Assembly: GCA_965217865.1 (NCBI GenBank)
Contig: CBDCJO010000002.1
Location: 5,696,001 to 5,760,000 of the forward strand
Source: Candidatus Latescibacterota bacterium
GTDB lineage: Bacteria > Latescibacterota > UBA2968 > SICM01
Direction: 5' to 3'
DNA length: 64,000 nt
The notes under the pieces are model-generated. The model was not told where the DNA came from. It ran no database searches and saw nothing but the letters and a program-made list of their open reading frames with translations. How positions within the stretch are numbered: the stretch's first letter is position 1; every line of letters starts with the position of its first letter. This document shows, piece by piece, positions 9,174 through 19,033 of this stretch. The translations under genes were made by a program, and so were the position numbers.

Positions 9174-10904
9174 TCACCCGTCCGTGGGCTCCGAATACTC
9201 GCGCTCCATCCGGTATCCATCCAGGCTTTTGAAAGGAACCGCTTTGTAGTAGTCGTCCCCCTTCCCATTCCACTCCTGCAACTCCGCACGGTGCCCAAGG
9301 TGCTTGACAAAAGCCCACTCGCTCGTGCGGTAGTACCTGTAGTGCGTGTCGAATATCGAGAGCCGGTCGGCCCCTGCCGCGTAATAGTTCATGGAGATCA
9401 ACCTGTATTGCCTTGGGGGCATGCGGCGCGGGTAGATATCTGCGACGACCTCCGTCTTCGTGCCTCTGGTCAGGTCGGCAAACGAACGGATGACCGGCGT
9501 AGCGCCGGTCCCATCGTGCTTCCCTGTTATCTCCATGTGCAGCAGAAGATAGTCCACCAGACCCTCCCGCACCCAGGTGTGAACATCGACGGCGTGCCGT
9601 TCGCAACTCGAGAATGCGGTCTCCCCTTCCGGCTCGCCGGGGTGTGGCACGGAAACAGGAACGGGATAGCAGGTCGGTATATAGCGCCCCTGCGCTTTTC
9701 CGACCTCGTCCAGCGTCGATCTAACCTCCCTCAAGAACTGAGTCAGGAAGTCCGATCTCACCTGCGTGACACGATCGTCACAAGGTGATAAACATCGCAT
9801 ATCTTCGCCGTGTTCCCTCCGGAACCTCTCGCACACAGGTTTTTCGTAGTACACAAAGGGAAATGATCGGTTGAAGGGGATGCAGATCCCATCCACCCCG
9901 TAGTCCTCCACCCACTCCCGAATCAGACGAAGGTGAAACCTTCGTACCCCTTCGAAGGCGAACGAAAGATGACGGATGGGCTCGCCGTCGGAATAGGTGC
10001 ATCGCCACTCAGGGTGGTCAGCAATAAGGTCCCCGCTGTAATTGTGGGGTAGATGGTGGGGGGGTATGGTGGCCCCAAGTAGACGATTCTGCGCGAACAA
10101 CCGCACGCCGCAGGCCCTGGCTGCGCTGACCGCCTCGTCCAGGGGATCCATCCCTCTTTCAACGCACTCGTGCAACCTCGTCGCATAGGCATTGTGCTGG
10201 GGCACGAAATCGCCCACCTTCGATGGGTATAGCGTCTGAGACCCGCTGGCGATCCGGTGCAGGACGATATCGAAGTCGCTGTCCCGAAAGTGCTCGAACG
10301 CCTCCCGGAAGTCTTCTCGAGAAGAGAGGCCCCATTGATGGTAAAAGCCAACCTGGTAGCCGACCATAGTCCGGGTTTTTGGAGATGGTTTCTCAGCCTC
10401 AAAGGCACCTATCCCAACACGATCCATCTCCACAAGTCGAACATAGGTGAGATGCGTGTACAATTCAGCCATGTCTCCGCCTTGCGGCCTGGAGATAATC
10501 ATGTCCTGGCCCGTCAGGTCGGCGCACTTCCATAAGGTCTCAGCAACATCCCACCAGCGCAGGTCTTTCTCGGGGTAGTGCCCGTCTTTCGATGGACGAA
10601 AGTCCTCCTGGCAAAAGTGGGAGAAGGCTGGATCATCGGAGAGCCTTGCCCTAAGGGCACCGCTCCCACGGGGACCCGCAGGCCCACTGTAGAAGATTCC
10701 GAACCTGATCTCATACCAACCCTCGACATTCAGCTTTATCCTCAGGTCCGGAATCGGTACACCCGGCCGTCCGATCAGCATGACCCCTTTACCCTCCTCC
10801 ACTTCATAGTCCACCGCCATCCACGTCCCGGGACGCTCATCGCGTGAAATGGCGTCGGCCGGTTCGAACCGCGTAAGGTCGGATATCAAGATCTGACGCT
10901 CCAC
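9174..10904 (-). CDS. Hypothetical protein, glycoside-hydrolase-like TIM barrel (GHL10-like) with N-terminal beta domain
   Basis: LYPSKVG, DPL..AV.AA, HPEW, LSFA..VR, YGVDG, WV.EGLVDYL patterns; RBS GGAGG before GTG. Confidence 0.6.
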   Translation of the reverse strand: MERQILISDLTRFEPADAISRDERPGTWMAVDYEVEEGKGVMLIGRPGVPIPDLRIKLNVEGWYEIRFGIFYSGPAGPRGSGALRARLSDDPAFSHFCQEDFRPSKDGHYPEKDLRWWDVAETLWKCADLTGQDMIISRPQGGDMAELYTHLTYVRLVEMDRVGIGAFEAEKPSPKTRTMVGYQVGFYHQWGLSSREDFREAFEHFRDSDFDIVLHRIASGSQTLYPSKVGDFVPQHNAYATRLHECVERGMDPLDEAVSAARACGVRLFAQNRLLGATIPPHHLPHNYSGDLIADHPEWRCTYSDGEPIRHLSFAFEGVRRFHLRLIREWVEDYGVDGICIPFNRSFPFVYYEKPVCERFRREHGEDMRCLSPCDDRVTQVRSDFLTQFLREVRSTLDEVGKAQGRYIPTCYPVPVSVPHPGEPEGETAFSSCERHAVDVHTWVREGLVDYLLLHMEITGKHDGTGATPVIRSFADLTRGTKTEVVADIYPRRMPPRQYRLISMNYYAAGADRLSIFDTHYRYYRTSEWAFVKHLGHRAELQEWNGKGDDYYKAVPFKSLDGYRMEREYSEPTDG

Positions 10905-11045
10905 TATAATCCTCCAATAAGCGGATTCCGATCCACCGCCTGTTGAAAATCTCCCATTTGAAGCCGGCCCCTACCATACGAAAAATGGTTGTATCTACTT
11001 CCCACCAAGTCTCTTCCATCGATTTTCCCATTCACCAAAGAGTCC

Positions 11046-11074
11046 AATCTACCATTGCATGATGGTGATGTCAA
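11046..11074 (-). promoter_or_regulatory. sigma70-type promoter, duplicated at 44232-44260
   Basis: Minus strand TTGACA-N17-TAGATT with TG extension; 23 bp (11058-11080) identical to 44244-44266. Confidence 0.7.
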
Positions 11075-11350
11075 CGGCAGATTTTGGACCGTAGCCTGAC
11101 ATCCTGGGGGAGAACCATGGCCTGTCCTTCTCCGTTTTACTCTTCAAAACGGTCCCAACTCTGTGAAATCGGGCCCCATCCACATTTGCTTGAGTCAGAC
11201 ACGTATTTACGGTATATTTCGAAATCTACGAATATATACCCGACATTTCTCTCTGTTGGGGGGTATCTGAGAAGGTCTGGAGATTTGTCAAGAGTTAGGT
11301 GGATCATGTCTTCGAGCTGAACGTCAATTCGAAAGGAGAGCACACCAAAC

Positions 11351-12331
11351 ATGGATGCTGCCCAGTTACATAAGGACGCGATTGTTTTTGACGGATTGAC
11401 CGTCGCTAAATGGGGACAAGAGGTGTTCGAGGACATGCATCGTGGAGGACTCACGGCAGCGAATTGCACCTGTTCGATTTGGGAAAACTTCCGCGGCTCG
11501 ATGGATAACATCGCGCAGTTCAAACACTGGTTCAATAAATATGACCAGTTTATCATGCAGGTCTATACCACTGAGGACATTCGGCGCGCCAAAGTCGCCG
11601 GCAAGGTTGGCATCTGCCTAGGTTGGCAGAATACCAGCGGCATTGAAGATCGACTTGGCTACCTTGAGCTGTTTCGAGGGCTGGGCGTTGGCATCATGCA
11701 GTTGACCTACAACTCGCAGAATTTCGTGGGATCGGGCTGCTTTGAATCGGATGACGGAGGCCTGTCCGATTTCGGCAAGGAGGTCGTCAGTGAGATGAAT
11801 CGCGTGGGTATTTTGTGCGACCTTTCGCACGTTGGTCCGAACACAAGTCGTGACGTGATCGAACACTCCAAGAAACCGGTGGCCTATTCGCACATCCTGC
11901 CGACAGGCCTCAAAAATCACCCGCGCAACAAGTCGGACGATCAACTCAAGTTCATTGTTGATCACGGTGGGTTCGTCGGCGTAACCATGTTTGCCCCATT
12001 CCTCAACCGCGGTGCTGATTCGACCATCGACGATTTTGTTGAAGCCATCGAATACGTAATCGATCTGGTGGGCGAGGACCGTGTGGGCATTGGCACCGAC
12101 TTTACCCAGGGACACGACTCGGATTTTTTCGACTGGATCACCCGTGACAAGGGCACGGGACGAAAACTCGTCGACATAGGCGACGTCTACAATCCCAAAG
12201 GCATGGAGACCTTGCACGATTATCCGAACCTTACTGGCGCGCTTGTCAGCGCCGGGTGGAGGGAGTCGCGCATCCGCAAAGTCCTGGGAGAAAATTGGCT
12301 GAACCTGCTGAAGGAAGTGTGGGGAAGCTGA
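11351..12331 (+). CDS. Membrane dipeptidase family (M19) amidohydrolase
   Basis: QLTYN, GLSDFGKEVV.EMNRVGILCDLSH, SH, HPRNKSD, GIGTDF, KVLGENW. Confidence 0.9.
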   Translation: MDAAQLHKDAIVFDGLTVAKWGQEVFEDMHRGGLTAANCTCSIWENFRGSMDNIAQFKHWFNKYDQFIMQVYTTEDIRRAKVAGKVGICLGWQNTSGIEDRLGYLELFRGLGVGIMQLTYNSQNFVGSGCFESDDGGLSDFGKEVVSEMNRVGILCDLSHVGPNTSRDVIEHSKKPVAYSHILPTGLKNHPRNKSDDQLKFIVDHGGFVGVTMFAPFLNRGADSTIDDFVEAIEYVIDLVGEDRVGIGTDFTQGHDSDFFDWITRDKGTGRKLVDIGDVYNPKGMETLHDYPNLTGALVSAGWRESRIRKVLGENWLNLLKEVWGS

Positions 12332-12445
12332 AAGTGAGTTAATGTCAGCGCAAACAATCCCACAAGGAATGAGCCATCTAACAACCACATGGTGATCGCT
12401 GTCGCTCACATGTAGTTTAAGCGTGTGAAGATTTTATCCCACATC

Positions 12446-12548
12446 GTTTAACACCGCAGTGCTATGGGCTTTCGCCCAACCTGCTTCCTTCTCAAGGCGC
12501 AGCTTCGGAGGGTAAGACGCAGGTTCGTGCACTGCGGAATCGTTAAGC
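12446..12548 (+). repeat. attC-like integron recombination site
   Basis: GTTTAAC (RYYYAAC) ... GTTAAGC (GTTRRRY) with internal stems CCGCAGTGC/GCACTGCGG and AACCTGC/GCAGGTT. Confidence 0.72.
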
Positions 12549-12578
12549 GAAACGGCAGGCTTGAGAGGATTGCAAGCG

Positions 12579-13655
12579 ATGGAACGCATATGGCGGCCAA
12601 ATGACGATTTCAGAGAGCGTTTGAGACCCGAAGACATCTCTGAGATCTGTGCCCGTCACTCAATCGCGGAACCGAGCAAGATAGAACCGGAGAGGAGCGG
12701 GAACGAGAAGGTCATCTACTATCTGGATGATATCTATGCCCTCCAGTTTCTCGCATTCAAGGAAGATGAGGAAGACTATCGACTGCTGCAAGAAGTGCCA
12801 GCTTTTCCGACTCCAAGGGTCATTGCGTGGTGCGATCGCGATTCGTCGCTGGACGCATCGTACCTCATCACTGAAAAATGTCCTGGAAAGCGCCTCGATC
12901 TGCTCTGGCAGGAAGTAGATGAAGTTGACTGTCTGAAGCTCTTGCGGGGTCTTGGGGAGGGAATGGGAAGCTATCACACGGCAGACGGGAGTTCGCTTCT
13001 AACTGTCGCCGACCGTCTTAAGCTATCTGACAGGATCACGGACCATAGGTCGGACCCTCTTTGTCTTCTGAATCGGCAACGGGAGCGAGCGGCGCAGGAG
13101 CTGGACAGAATTTGCCGGATTCTAGAAGGTCTGGAACTCGATGCACGGAGCTTGCTTCCGAAGGCCGAGAGACACCTGGCTCGGGAGCCAGATGAGCCGC
13201 TTTTCCCGCCCGGATTGGCAAGTGAGGAACCCTGGGAAGAGCACTTTATCATGGATAGGACGGAAGATGGTTTCCGTCTCTCAGGATGTGTTGACTTTGG
13301 GCCAATAGAGATCTGTGATGGCGCGTTGGAGATTACGGTTCTCTATGCATCTATTCTGGGTCTGGACCGTCGATACTTCGGTGCATTTCAGGAAGGATAT
13401 GAGACCTGCCGTGTGTTTCCAGGCGAGTGCTGGGAGCGACTCCATCGTCTGGCCGCTGATTACCACGCTTGGGCTCTCTCCTCGTTGACGGGGGGCATTG
13501 AAATCGTGGGTTCATCAGTCCTTTGGCGAGAGAACCCTATTTCAGAATGGATAATGAGCAGAGTCGTTGCTCACTATGAGAGGCTCTGCTCGAAACTCGG
13601 CTTGGGTCCACCAACTGAAGAAGCGAAGTTCAGAGCACAGATCGGTCCCTGGTAA
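12579..13655 (+). CDS. Aminoglycoside-phosphotransferase-like kinase-fold protein (atypical catalytic loop)
   Basis: PTPRVIA, YLITEKCPG.RL, H, LSGCVDFG; HGD replaced by SEE. Confidence 0.65.
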   Translation: MERIWRPNDDFRERLRPEDISEICARHSIAEPSKIEPERSGNEKVIYYLDDIYALQFLAFKEDEEDYRLLQEVPAFPTPRVIAWCDRDSSLDASYLITEKCPGKRLDLLWQEVDEVDCLKLLRGLGEGMGSYHTADGSSLLTVADRLKLSDRITDHRSDPLCLLNRQRERAAQELDRICRILEGLELDARSLLPKAERHLAREPDEPLFPPGLASEEPWEEHFIMDRTEDGFRLSGCVDFGPIEICDGALEITVLYASILGLDRRYFGAFQEGYETCRVFPGECWERLHRLAADYHAWALSSLTGGIEIVGSSVLWRENPISEWIMSRVVAHYERLCSKLGLGPPTEEAKFRAQIGPW

Positions 13656-13670
13656 GCCTAAAGCCGCTCC

Positions 13671-13836
13671 ACTTAACACGCGCACCTTACACACAAACGG
13701 TGCTGGATTACCCAACCACCCCACCTACGGCGAATGCCTTTATATCAGCTTCTTCGAAGCTTACTGGAGTAATGCTGAATTTATTCTACCCCAACTGGGA
13801 TATCCCGAGTTTTTTCCGCAGAATCACAAGTTAGAG
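13671..13836 (+). repeat. Degenerate attC-like site related to 30163-30243
   Basis: ACTTAAC right after the gene stop; shares TTAACACG, GATTACCCAACCACC and ATCACAAGTTAG with 30163-30243. Confidence 0.5.
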
Positions 13837-13854
13837 AGCGCGGGGGGCCAAGCC

Positions 13855-14604
13855 GTGGAGTCACAATATCTTCTGGAAGCGATACTGAAGCGTGAGGGCG
13901 TGCCCACGTTCTCAGAGTATCCATTCAACCTGAACGCAGTCAGGAATCTACAAAGACTGCGATTCCATCCGGCAATGACCTACATTGTTGGCGAAAACGG
14001 GAGCGGGAAGTCCACCTTGCTCGAGGCTATCGCGGTTGCCTTGGGATTCAATCCTGAAGGAGGAACAAGGAACTTCGGGTTCTCGACGAGAAAATCCCAC
14101 TCCAAACTATGGAAGCACATTAGGCTTGCCAAGGGCATCAGGAAACCGGAGGACGGATTCTTTTTTCGAGCGGAAAGCTTCTACAACGTTGCGACGAACA
14201 TAGAGGAGTTGGACCGAGAGCCCGCGCCTGCACCACCAATCATAGAGTCGTACGGTGGCGTCTCTCTCCATGAGCAGTCGCATGGGGAGAGCTTCATGGC
14301 CTTGGCAATGAATCGATTCGGGGGAAAGGGTCTGTACATCCTGGACGAGCCAGAGGCGGCGTTGTCGCCGACCCGTCAAATGACGCTCCTCGCTCGAATG
14401 CACGAATTGATTCAAGACGATTCGCAATTCATCGTTGCGACCCACTCCCCAATTCTCATGGCCTATCCCAACGCAACCCTCTATCTACTTGAGGAAGGCG
14501 GCCTTCGAGAAGTGTCGTATACAGAAACCGAGCATTACGAGGTAACCAAGGACTTTCTCAACAATCATGAATCCATGTTGAGAATTCTGATGGACGGCGA
14601 GTAG
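13855..14604 (+). CDS. AAA family ATPase (ABC/SMC-like)
   Basis: GENGSGKST, GFNPEGG, SHGESF, ILDEPEAALSP, ATHSPIL; GTG start at 13855. Confidence 0.92.
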   Translation: MESQYLLEAILKREGVPTFSEYPFNLNAVRNLQRLRFHPAMTYIVGENGSGKSTLLEAIAVALGFNPEGGTRNFGFSTRKSHSKLWKHIRLAKGIRKPEDGFFFRAESFYNVATNIEELDREPAPAPPIIESYGGVSLHEQSHGESFMALAMNRFGGKGLYILDEPEAALSPTRQMTLLARMHELIQDDSQFIVATHSPILMAYPNATLYLLEEGGLREVSYTETEHYEVTKDFLNNHESMLRILMDGE

Positions 14605-14674
14605 GTCGCACCCTCTACCCCCGTTCAAGAGGGCGCCGAAAAGGCGCCAGGAAATCATTTGAAATGGAGATACC

Positions 14675-15088
14675 ATGGCCATCCTGAAACATGACGATCT
14701 ACCTCTCAATGTGAGCAGGAGCTACGAGACTAGCGGAATAAAAGGCAGGAAGATTGTGACCCGGGAGGCAGGCTCAAAAACCTGCGAAGTCTGGGAACAA
14801 TTTCAAGATTCAGGCGGGCTAATAAACCCCCACTATCATGAGGTAGAGGAAATCATCACTTTACTGAAGGGAACTGTGGAAGTCATGATAGATGGGCAGA
14901 CCACGGAGGTCGAAGCTCCCGTCACTCTATTCATTCCTGAAAAGGTCGTCCATAGCATCAGGAACGTTGGGGACAAGACGACACATGTGTTAGCATTTTT
15001 TCCATGCCTCGATCCCAAAGTCATCTACGTGAAACCGTCGGCTGCCAATGAGTCGATCACTAATGAAAGGAAGCATAACCATGAATGA
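14675..15088 (+). CDS. Cupin domain protein
   Basis: PHYH..EE...LKG...IP..VVHSIRN. Confidence 0.85.
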   Translation: MAILKHDDLPLNVSRSYETSGIKGRKIVTREAGSKTCEVWEQFQDSGGLINPHYHEVEEIITLLKGTVEVMIDGQTTEVEAPVTLFIPEKVVHSIRNVGDKTTHVLAFFPCLDPKVIYVKPSAANESITNERKHNHE

Positions 15089-15866
15089 AATACACACATT
15101 TTTCGAGGAGAACGGCTACTACCTGGCCAAAGGCGTCTTTTCGCCAGATGAGGTGAGCAAGCTTGAAATCGAATTCGATCGGGTTCTGCAACAACTCGGC
15201 GAACGCGACAACACCGACTCATCGAATAGTAACGGTGTCATCAAAAAACTCAATGTGCAGCAGTATTCGGGGCTGTGGATGGCGACCCTGCTTCACGAAA
15301 AGTTCCTCGACATTGTTGAACAACTCATCGGTCCCGACATCGTTCTCAACCATACCACGCTCTTTGAGAAGCGGGCGACAACCGCTCCAACGCCTTTTAA
15401 TATGCACCAGGACTGGAGTTATCTGACAACCCAGATGAACACCATGATCGGGGGAATGATCCATGTCGGGGAAGCCACGGAGGAAATGGGCTGCCTCAGA
15501 GTCTATCCCGGCTCGCACAAAAGTGGCCGGGTGGAGAGTTCTACCGCCCGTGATGCAGAGTTTCACAAACGATTCCCACTTGAAGGCGCCACGGCGATTG
15601 AAGCCGAGCCGGGTGACGTCACCTTCTTCGATTACTTCATCGTACATGGTTCGATGTCCAACCGCTCCGAAAAGCCAAGGAAGGTGGTGATTGCGCGGAT
15701 GTTTTCCGGCAGAGATCAAAAGGAGGACATCTACCAGTTCTGTGAAAATCTGGTGTTGCGCGGATGGAACTACCACACGACCTCCGCCACGGCCAGAAAA
15801 ACAGTTTGGAGACCTGCAAAGGAAACCGGAGAACCCGCTGCCACAGAGAACGCAAAGAAAAGCTGA
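15081..15866 (+). CDS. Phytanoyl-CoA dioxygenase family protein
   Basis: FEENGY, MHQD, GCLRVYPGSH, GDV..F...VHGS..N.S..PR; overlaps the cupin stop. Confidence 0.9.
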   Translation: MNEIHTFFEENGYYLAKGVFSPDEVSKLEIEFDRVLQQLGERDNTDSSNSNGVIKKLNVQQYSGLWMATLLHEKFLDIVEQLIGPDIVLNHTTLFEKRATTAPTPFNMHQDWSYLTTQMNTMIGGMIHVGEATEEMGCLRVYPGSHKSGRVESSTARDAEFHKRFPLEGATAIEAEPGDVTFFDYFIVHGSMSNRSEKPRKVVIARMFSGRDQKEDIYQFCENLVLRGWNYHTTSATARKTVWRPAKETGEPAATENAKKS

Positions 15867-16171
15867 CATCATTTTTTCGCGCAGGCCAGGCGAGCTCGAT
15901 CCCATTATGTCTTCCTAATGGATCCCCGCGGGACAGGTTGTCTGGCGGGAATTCTCTGAAACAACTACCTTTTTTTGAGAAGCAGAAAATCCATAAAACC
16001 AAACCAGAGGCGTAGGTGGCGCTTACACCCCCTGCGACGGCCCACCGATGGAGATCCTGATGGACCTTGATCACCACTTGCGTGAACGGGGGATTCGCGA
16101 CAAACTTGATTGAAGAACGTATCTCACGTCGGATAACACCCAATTCGCCTTCCGCTGAATTCTCAGCTTAG

Positions 16172-17697
16172 CAGCCCGTTGAAGAACTACCTTTCAACGC
16201 ACATAAACGGAAAAGACGCCTGGAGTGCGGGTCAGATAAATCAAGGTAAGGAGATTGAGCAGGAGACGCTGATAAGAGGTTAAAAAGGTGACCGAGGGCA
16301 GCAAACGTGATTGTAGGACGAGCAGTAGACGCTGCAAGGCCTTGGCCAGGTCCTGGAGGGCCTTCGGAGTACCTACGCCCATCACTTTGCGCATGAGCAG
16401 AGCCAGGTTGCAGCCCCCGATGTGGATCAGCAAACGCTTGAGGATATTGCCGCGGTCTCTCAAGTGCAACCTGCGCATGCCACCGGTATCATATGTGTGA
16501 GCGATGGTTCTTTCCACCCGTTCTGCACGACTTCGGCGCAAGGCCTTGCCGCGATCTCCCTTGATCCGGCGTCGATTCGCATATACCGCGGCCTGCTCAT
16601 CTCGTCGGCCGTTCCACTTGCGGCGTCCCCGATCCGGTTCTGAAATGTAACTCCGGATGCCGCCTTGCTTCAGACTGGTCAATACATCGTTGCTATGATA
16701 TCCTTTGTCCGCAACCACCTCCCGTATACGCTGTCTGTGCAAACGTTTGGCAGCTTTTTCGTCCTTCGCGACCTGCTTGAGATTGAGCGGCGCCTCGAGC
16801 AGCGTCCAGGGCAACGACTCGGTATCTCCTTCATCTGCTCCCGACAACGCCACTGCCACAATGGCATTGGTGTCCAGATCCACCGCGTGCTCCACCTTGT
16901 GCGCCATGTGCGTGCGACCGTCCTTCATCTTAGCGATCTTGGCATCCGGGTCGTGCGGGTGCTCCCAGTCCTGGTTCGATCCCTTCTTCGGTCGCTTCTT
17001 ATCGATCTTGGACAAGTCCTCGCGGGTAGGCGTTTCAATGCCCGAGGCCTTGGCCAGATTCTCAAGGAATGCCTGGTAGCCTTCACCCGTGTCACGGCGT
17101 ACAATGCTGCGCATCGCGGCGTTGGCCTCCAGTGTCGTAGCATCCACGCCCAACGTCTTCCCCTTCACCAGACCCGCTTTGCACAAGACCCTCAGGATCC
17201 ACTTGAAAACCGCTTCGTGAACTTCCAAGGGAAGCCGATGCCGGATGCGAGACAGGCTGGAATGATCCGGGGTCTGTTCGTCAAGGGCATACCCCAAAAA
17301 CCGGCGCAACGTCAGCGAGTCAGATACACGCCATTCGATCCCACGTTCCGAATCAAGTCCCTCGAAATACCCAATCAAAAGCATCCGAAAATAAACCCCG
17401 GGCGGAATGCCCTTGCGACCCATATGAGGAGCGTAATACCGCTGGCAAAGCCCCTCGACGAACTCGTCGAAGCCGTTCGCCCCCAATACCTGATTCAGCT
17501 TCTCGTAGAACGGATGACCCGGAGATTTCACCAAAGTGTTCGATGCGATGAACAGGTTTTCCTGTCTCTGTCGTCCTCGTTTTCCCATTGCCATTTGCTC
17601 GTCCTCCCTTCTCAGTTTGAACCTGATATATCATAGGACCAAACCACAAGGAAAGACAACAGTCATCTTGGCATAAACGCACTTTTTCAACAGGCTG
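16172..17697 (-). mobile_element. Insertion sequence, IS1182/IS5-like, full length (1526 bp)
   Basis: Inverted termini CAGCCCGTTGAA / TTCAACAGGCTG; flanks TTAG and CTAG; near-identical copy at 40754-42000. Confidence 0.9.
16194..17594 (-). CDS. DDE transposase (DUF772-like N-terminus, IS1182/IS5-like)
   Basis: GHPFY, SER, PDHSSLSR, VDAT, DPDA, ADKGY, VER. Confidence 0.9.
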   Translation of the reverse strand: MAMGKRGRQRQENLFIASNTLVKSPGHPFYEKLNQVLGANGFDEFVEGLCQRYYAPHMGRKGIPPGVYFRMLLIGYFEGLDSERGIEWRVSDSLTLRRFLGYALDEQTPDHSSLSRIRHRLPLEVHEAVFKWILRVLCKAGLVKGKTLGVDATTLEANAAMRSIVRRDTGEGYQAFLENLAKASGIETPTREDLSKIDKKRPKKGSNQDWEHPHDPDAKIAKMKDGRTHMAHKVEHAVDLDTNAIVAVALSGADEGDTESLPWTLLEAPLNLKQVAKDEKAAKRLHRQRIREVVADKGYHSNDVLTSLKQGGIRSYISEPDRGRRKWNGRRDEQAAVYANRRRIKGDRGKALRRSRAERVERTIAHTYDTGGMRRLHLRDRGNILKRLLIHIGGCNLALLMRKVMGVGTPKALQDLAKALQRLLLVLQSRLLPSVTFLTSYQRLLLNLLTLIYLTRTPGVFSVYVR

Positions 17698-17741
17698 CTA
17701 GACTACCCTTCTTTCCCTTCTCGCGGTAATTCGACACGTCC

Positions 17742-18455
17742 ATGGAAATCCATAGAGTTGACATCTATTGGAGTAATTTCTTCGGTCTAAATTATGAGGA
17801 ATTTCTTACACCGGGTATTTATGTAGTTCCTCATGCACGGCTGGGAAATTTTCAAGGGGCTTGGGTTTATCGCCATAAACAAACAATTGTTCTCTCCGTG
17901 CCCCCGGTTTGGGTCGATCCTTTGCTAAAGAAGATTACAAAGATATGTATTGATAGAATTCACTCACTTCAAACAACAGAATATCTATTTGGAGATGGTA
18001 TTGAGCGGACCGTTGGACCTGCATATCAAGGGTATGCTGAATTGAAAGATTTCCAACCCCAACCTTCATCCTTGGTGCGTCTGTTGTCTGATGAAGATAA
18101 TTCTGGTCTGGAAGAATTGGCTGATTCCGGGGATCCTTCGGGTTGGGTTGATGGCGGGTTTGACAGTAAAAAAGATTATTGTTTTGGTTATTATTTAGAC
18201 GAGAAGATAGTTGCTGTCTCCGGATACGTTAAGTTTCCTGATGAGGCAGCGTTTCCTGGTATTTTCGTCCATCCATCTTACCGTGGTAAAGGATATGCCA
18301 AAGCAGTTTTGAGCGCGGCTTTTCAGCATGCATTTGATCAAGGGTTTTTCATCGCTTATCAGACTCTGCTTTCCCATATTAGTGCGGTAAGGGTAGCTGA
18401 AGCCTTTGGTTGTAGAGAATACGCACAAAATATTGTTGTTCGACTAAAAGAGTAA
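17742..18455 (+). CDS. GNAT family acetyltransferase
   Basis: VHPSYRGKGYAK acetyl-CoA motif; visibly AT-rich. Confidence 0.82.
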   Translation: MEIHRVDIYWSNFFGLNYEEFLTPGIYVVPHARLGNFQGAWVYRHKQTIVLSVPPVWVDPLLKKITKICIDRIHSLQTTEYLFGDGIERTVGPAYQGYAELKDFQPQPSSLVRLLSDEDNSGLEELADSGDPSGWVDGGFDSKKDYCFGYYLDEKIVAVSGYVKFPDEAAFPGIFVHPSYRGKGYAKAVLSAAFQHAFDQGFFIAYQTLLSHISAVRVAEAFGCREYAQNIVVRLKE

Positions 18456-18539
18456 AAGCATTTTAGATCCAAGGACTGATGCCAGCAACAAAGCTACTTT
18501 TTACGGATCATTTTGAAGTGAAATCACGGAGGCAATAAA

Positions 18540-18947
18540 GTGGAGGATCAACTGAGTATGGTAAAACAGTTCCACCAAACGTTCAAATGTCATTTTGAAC
18601 AAAATCCCACTGGACAAATTCCGAAGGACGCGTCCGATGTTCGTTTGCAACTTCTGCAGGAAGAAATAGATGAATATCGGCTTGCCCTCGAGAAAAAGGA
18701 CATTGTTCTTGTTGCTGATGCACTTACCGATATGCTATATGTACTACTGGGCACATATTTTTCACACGGACTGCAAAATCTGGCTGTGGAATTGTTCAAT
18801 GAGGTCCATAGAAGCAATATGAGCAAATTAGATGAAAATGGTCGACCAGTATATAATGGGGTTGGAAAAGTTATCAAAGTTAATCAATTTTCGAAACCTG
18901 ATCTTAAGGCCATAATAGATAAATTCTCTGCCGACAAAAGGATTTGA
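18540..18947 (+). CDS. MazG/PRA-PH-like nucleoside triphosphate pyrophosphohydrolase
   Basis: EEIDEY, VADALTDMLYV, EVHRSNMSK, GKVIK, PDL. Confidence 0.85.
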   Translation: MEDQLSMVKQFHQTFKCHFEQNPTGQIPKDASDVRLQLLQEEIDEYRLALEKKDIVLVADALTDMLYVLLGTYFSHGLQNLAVELFNEVHRSNMSKLDENGRPVYNGVGKVIKVNQFSKPDLKAIIDKFSADKRI

Positions 18948-19033
18948 CTCGCTGAGAATCGTTGACGTGATGGTGTAATAGCACTTCATTGGTGACGGTC
19001 AAATCGTCCACAGATATTGTTGTGAGAGACAAA

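Noticed and set aside
16020-16115. Remnant resembling an FAD/sulfide:quinone oxidoreductase segment (PCDGPPMEI..DHHLRERGIRD)
   Set aside because: Too short to assign without a search; noted only as possible gene debris.
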